From contig NC_057719.1 of NCBI RefSeq assembly GCF_004010195.1, positions 17,425,150 through 17,466,272 of the forward strand: a stretch of 41,123 nucleotides of DNA. Direction: 5' to 3'. Position numbers and translations under genes: made by a program. The stretch comes from Chiloscyllium plagiosum. Taxonomy: Eukaryota. Positions 36,577 to 41,123 of the stretch are shown piece after piece (position 1 is the stretch's first letter; the number at the start of each line of letters is the position of its first letter). The notes under the pieces are model-generated. The model was not told the DNA's origin. It made no database searches and was given only the letters and a program-made list of their open reading frames with translations.

Positions 36577-37341
36577 TGGGCTGGTACAGCCCAGAGTGGG
36601 ACACTGTTCCTGCAGCATGGTGTGGGCTGGTGTAGCCCAGAGCGGGACAGCCTCCCTGCAGCACGGTGTGGGCTGGTGTAGCCCAGAGTGGGACACTCTC
36701 CCTGCAGCCTGGTGTGGGCTGGTGTAGCCCAGAGTGGGACACTCTCCCTGCAGCCTGGTGTGGGCTGGTGTAGCCCAGAGTGGGACAGTCTCCCTGCAGC
36801 ATGGTGTGGGCTGGTGTAGCCCAGAACGGGACACTCTCCCTGCAGCCTGGTGTGGGCTGGTGTAGCCCAGAGCGGGACACTCACCCTGCAGCATGGTGTG
36901 TGCTGGTGTAGCCCAGAGTGGGACACTCTCCCTGCAGCATGGTGTGGGCTGGTGTAGCCCAGAGTGGGACACTCTCCCTGCTGCATGGTGTGGGCTGGTG
37001 CAGCCCAGAGTGGGACACTCTCCCTGCAGCATGGTGTGGGCTTGTGTAGCCCAGAGCGGGACACTCTCCCTGCAGCCTGGTGTGGGCTGGTGTAGCCCAG
37101 AGCGGGACACTCACCCTGCAGCATGGTGTGTGCTGGTGTAGCCCAGAGTGGGACACTCTCCCTGCAGCATGGTGTGGGCTGGTGTAGCCCAGAACGGGAC
37201 ACTCTCCCTGCAGCATGGTGTGGGCTGGTGCAGCCCAGAGTGGGGCACCCTCCCTGCAGCATGGTGTGGGCTGGTGCAGCCCAGAGCGGGACACTCTCCC
37301 TGCAGCATGTTTTGGGCTGGTGTAGCCTGGAACGGGACACT
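36577..37341. repeat. 46-bp minisatellite, about 16-17 copies
   Basis: Unit GCATGGTGTGGGCTGGTGTAGCCCAGAGTGGGACACTCTCCCTGCA (e.g. starts at 36615 and 36661). Confidence 0.97.
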
Positions 37342-38272
37342 GGCAGCAGTATTTTGTAGCAGTGGAGAAGGAAAAGTAGAACTCTCTTCAAGTTACCTTT
37401 TTTTTAATTCTGTGAATAGCGTTTATGGATGAACGACAGTACACATTTTTCACTATATTTTAAATGGAGTACACTTGACAAAAAAGGATAGAGGGTCAAT
37501 TGCATTCATCAGGCACTTACACAGTACAGGTTAGAGACATCTGTAATCACAGAATATCTATATATGCAGTGATCACCTATTTTAAAGGCAAAGCTTTGGT
37601 GACCATGTCATTATTTATTAGAAATTTACCAGTTATCTCTATGAAGCATAAGTAATTACAAGTGACCTTTAAAGGGTCACCTGTGGGCGACAATTCATAA
37701 AGAAAATTCAAAGCCGCTCAAGTGACACGGAGCTGCTTTTCTCCCACCTCAAACAGTAAGTTTGCAGCAGTATGCTTTTGTATGGGACCATACCTTCTTT
37801 GGTTGATGTGTGAGTTGAGGTTATTGGAGATATTCGGCCGGTGGATGATGGAGTGAGTAAGGTTTCGGTATCCCCAGCACACCTACAATCTCTTTCTATT
37901 TGTTCCAGTGTGGTGCCCACATTGCAAATGTCCATCCAGCAGCATTCCATGGTCCTTCTTGTCAGAGTCCTCCATGTCCCACTGTGTGTGGAGGACTGTG
38001 TTTTGTGGGTGATGTGGCTGATGACTGATTGCATTACAAAGGTCCTGTTATGTTTCTGATGTTTCTCAGAGAAACATTGGATCCCTGGCTAATGGTTCAA
38101 GCTACAGCAGGTGATACCATCCCTGTAGAGATTGTTCAATGAAGGTGCAGACAGTCGGAGAAGGAACAAATGTGTCAGCATTGCCCAGGACCAGCAGCAA
38201 CCTCAAAGGGCAACTGATTGGCCTTCACATGAGGAGATCGTTCCCCTCAGCATATAGAAGAGGTGCAGGAGG

Positions 38273-38709
38273 CACCAAGTTTCTTGTCCTCAATGTAATT
38301 CCCTCCAGATGGGCAAGGTGCCGCACCACCACAAAGCGACAATGACACTGTAACAGAACTGCTGGATCAGGGCCTATGATGTGAACGGTGGCTAGCCATA
38401 GTTGTCAAGGTGACAGCTGTGATAATTCTTTTATTGCACAGAAATACTACAAACGATCCACAGACAACCTGTGTAGGATCTGACAACCATCAATCCACAA
38501 AAAGGTGTCCAGGCTGTTACAGACAGAGTATGTGCCAGATCACATCACTTCACCTTATTTCCCTATGCCAAGGTCAATGCTGCAATAGGCCTCTCCAACC
38601 GAGCTGGCTCTCCTCATGTGAAGGCCATAATAACGTTGCATTGAGAATACCATATCACAACATAGCTGATTTTATCAATAGTAAGGGGTTCCATTTAGTC
38701 AACATACAT
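38273..38709 (+). pseudogene. Decayed PIF/Harbinger (HARBI1-like) DDE transposase, N-terminal half
   Basis: Across frameshifts: HQVSCPQCNSLQM / DTVTELL..LAIVVKVTAV / FFYCT..STDNLCRI*QPSIHK / VQAVTDRVCARSHHFTLFP / AGSPHVKAII / NVALRIPYHNIADFINSKGFHLVNIH. These follow the order of Harbinger motifs (VKVTAALNFY..GDLCGISQ..VT..FP..GFP.V.GAIDCTH..NRKGFHS.N). Confidence 0.8.
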
Positions 38710-38711
38710 CC

Positions 38712-39392
38712 AATATCAGAGTTTGAGCTGACAACAGCAAGTAACATTCATGCCACCCAAGTGCCAGGCAATTACCATCTTGAACAGGAGAGAATTTAAC
38801 TATTGCCCCTTGTCATGCAATGGCATTCCCATCACTGAATACCCAGTACCAACATCCCGAAGGTTACAGTTGACTGAAAACTAAACTGAACTAGTCAGGT
38901 ACAACAGCAGGTCAGAGGCTAGGAACCTTGCAGCAAGTAACTCACCTCCTAACTTCCCAAAGCCCATCCATCATCTATAAGGCACAAGTCAGGAGTGTGA
39001 TGGAATACTCCCCACTTGTCTGGATGAGTGCAGCTCCAACAACACTCAAGAAGCGGCACGGTGGCACAGTGGTTAGCACTGCTGCCTCACAGCACCAGAG
39101 ACCCGGGTTCAATTCCCGCCTCAGGCGACTGTGTGGAGTTTGCACGTTCTCCCCGTGTCTGCGTGGGTTTCCTCCGGGTGCTCCGGTTTCCTCCCACAGT
39201 CCAAAGATGTGCAGGTCAGGTGAATTGGCCATGCTAAAGTGCCTGTAGTGTTAGGTAAGGGGTAAATGTAGGGGTATAGGTGGGTTACGCTTCGGCAGAT
39301 CGGTGTGGACTTGTTGGGCCGAAGGGCCTGTTTCCACACTGTAATATAATCTATAATCTAAAGCTTCTCACCATCCAGGACAAAGCATCCTG
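38712..39392 (+). mobile_element. LINE family B fragment, interrupted by a SINE
   Basis: IYKAQVRSVMEYSPLVWMSAAPTTLKK, resuming after the SINE at AAGCTTCTCACCATCCAGGACAAAGCA. Confidence 0.85.
39055..39360 (+). mobile_element. HE1-type SINE, young copy
   Basis: A box TGGCACAGTGG, B box GGTTCAATTC, CpG-rich, with a possible 4-bp AAGC TSD. Confidence 0.95.
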
Positions 39393-39466
39393 TTAAATGT
39401 TGTAAGCTTGGACCTTGGAACAGGTTGGATATATAGAGCAGTGTTCCTGTTAAGAAAAGATAAAGT

Positions 39467-39537
39467 AAACCAAAGAAATGTGGATGCTGGAAATCAGAAA
39501 CTGAAACAGAAATTGCTGGGAAAACTCAGAAGGTCGG
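39467..39537 (-). mobile_element. Penelope-like terminal fragment truncated by the CR1 insertion
   Basis: GGATGCTGGAAATCAGAAAC..AACAGAAATTGCTGGGAAAACTCAG matches the reverse complement of ~24345-24410. Confidence 0.65.
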
Positions 39538-39856
39538 AGCAGCGAGAGGTGGAAGCCGGGAGGAGGTGACGTTGGTGCGAGGTGATTGTCAGGAAGGCCG
39601 GTAAGTATACTTAAACTTCTTACATTCAGGCCAGTGAGGGAGGAGCGAGCAAAGGACTTCTGGGAAGGGTAAGTAGAAGAGTTTATATTTGCGTGGTTGC
39701 ATTACCCGAGACACTACTCGGGTAGTGTATCCCACCCATCCTCCTCCTCTAACCTAAAAGAAAGGTTGTGGGAGCCAGATTGACAAGGAAAGGTAACTAG
39801 TTTATTTCCTAATCCTTTTTTTTTCAGTAGTCACTTCGGGAGTTAGAATAGTGGGA

Positions 39857-40700
39857 ATGGAGGTTAGGGCAGTGGAATGTTCCTCCTGCAGAATGTGGGA
39901 TGTAAGGGTCACCACTAGTGTCCCTGCTGACTACATCTGTGGGAAGTGCACCCAACACCAGCTCCTCGAAAACCACGTTAGGGAACTGGAGCTGGAGTTG
40001 GATGAACTTTGGATCATTCGGGAGGCAGAGGGATAGAAAGGGAACCGGCAGGCAGTGCAGGGATCCTCTGTGGCCATTCCCCTCAACAATAAGTATACAG
40101 TTTTGGATACTGTTGGGGGGGAGGGGTTGACTTACCAGGGGAAAGTAGTGGGGCACCTGCTGCCCAGAAGGGAAGGGGGAAGGGGAGCAGAGCAGTAGTC
40201 ATTGGGGACTCTGTAGTTAGGGGGACAGACAGGAGGTTCTGTGGGGACGAGAGAGACTCACGGTTGGTGTGTTGCCTCCCGGGTGCCAGGGTCCGTGATG
40301 TCTCTGATCGTGTTTTTGGGATCCTTCGGGGGGAGGAGGAGCAGCCCCAAGTTGTGGTCCACATAGGCACCAAGAACATCGGTCGGAAGAAAGATGGAGA
40401 CTTGAGGCAGAAATTCAGGCAGCTAGGATGGAAGCTTAGAGCTAGGACAAACAGAGTTTTTCTCTGGTTTGCTGCCCGTGAGGTGAGGTGCTAGTGAGGT
40501 AAGGAATAGGGAGAGAAAGGAGTTGAACATGTGGCTACAGGGATGGTGCAGGAGGGAGGGTTTCGGGTTTTTGGATAATTGGATCTCTTTCTGGGGTAGG
40601 TGGAACCTCTACAAGCAGGATGGTCGTCATTTAAACCAGAGGGGTACCAATATCCTGGAGGGGGGAAATTCGCTAAGGCATTGGGGTGGATTTAAACTAA
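39857..40700 (+). pseudogene. CR1 ORF1: zinc finger/leucine zipper plus SGNH esterase, disrupted
   Basis: CSSC..CGKC, LLENHVRELELEL, VVIGDSVVRG, CLPGARVRDV, VVVHIGTKNIG, DGRHLN. Confidence 0.9.
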
Positions 40701-40798
40701 TACAGCAGGGATTGGGAACCAAAATTACAGGTACAGAAGAGGATAAGAGTAGGGAGTTCCAAAATCAAGTATCTGACACTGGCAACCGAGAACCTGGA

Positions 40799-41123
40799 CT
40801 GAAGTGTGTGTACCCCAACACGAGGAGCATCCGAAATAAAGTGGGTGAACTGGCAGCGTGGGTTGGTACCTGGGACTCCGATGTTGTGACCATTACGGAG
40901 ACATGGATAGAGCAGGGACAGGAATGGCTGTTGCAGGTTCCGGGATTCAGATGTTTCAGTAAGAACAGAGAAGATGGTAAAAGAGGGGGAGGTGTGGCTT
41001 GTTGATCAGGGACAATATTACATTTGTAGAAAGTATATTTGGGGACTCATTAACTGATGTAGTATGGGCTGAGGTTAGAAACAGAAAAGGAGAAGTCACC
41101 ATGCTGGGAGTTTTCTATAGGCC
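40799..41123 (+). pseudogene. CR1 ORF2 N-terminus, apurinic-like (APE) endonuclease, disrupted
   Basis: LKCVYPNTRSIRNKVGEL..DVVTITETW..KRGGGVA, with a frameshift afterwards. Confidence 0.9.

Larger units (their letters stand above)
39538..41123 (+). mobile_element. 5' half of a full-length CR1 LINE (5' UTR, ORF1, start of ORF2), continuing beyond the window
   Basis: ORF1 and ORF2 motifs occur in the expected order, with several frameshifts and stops. Confidence 0.93.

Noticed and set aside
36577..37341. CRISPR-like array of palindromic repeats
   Set aside because: Units are contiguous with no unique spacers, there are no cas genes, and the context is vertebrate.
36353..37432. Long Cys/His/Pro-rich ORFs (up to 285 aa)
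   Set aside because: Read-through of the 46-bp repeat. The same peptides appear in all frames, so there is no coding evidence.
37662..37680. Palindrome GTGACC-TTTAAAG-GGTCAC as a nuclear-receptor site or bidirectional promoter
   Set aside because: Short single occurrence with no supporting context.
35195..37711. TTGAATTTT/AAAATTCAA as TIRs of a 2.5-kb element
   Set aside because: Only 9 bp of AT-rich match and no TSD.
39690..39780. HDV-like ribozyme at the LINE 5' end
   Set aside because: The CCTCCTC tract is suggestive, but P1, P1.1 and the catalytic J4/2 strand could not be assigned.

Overview
Vertebrate, repeat-dominated non-coding DNA (intergenic or deep intronic). The tRNA-derived HE1-type SINEs and CR1/HER1-type LINEs point to a cartilaginous fish, most likely a shark (inference). 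No host protein-coding exon could be identified with confidence, and nearly all listed ORFs are retrotransposon fragments, tandem-repeat read-throughs or chance. Contents: many CR1 3' fragments and the 5' half of a full-length CR1 (UTR, zinc-finger/SGNH-esterase ORF1, start of APE ORF2); a second LINE family; L2-like relics; a Rex1/Babar LINE 3' end; eight HE1-type SINEs; seven Penelope-like terminal-repeat fragments, six with a minimal hammerhead-ribozyme-like core; a pogo/Tigger-type MITE end; a decayed Harbinger transposase; and 27-bp and 46-bp tandem arrays. The most notable observations are the hammerhead-bearing mini-insertions with 14-16 bp TSDs, an exact 63-bp inverted templated insertion copied from 2 kb away, a ~104-bp duplication flanking a 50-bp LINE tail, an intron-like and structured CR1 5' UTR, and a double-hairpin 46-bp satellite. 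Family names come from motif recognition, not database searches. Boundaries of old repeats are approximate.
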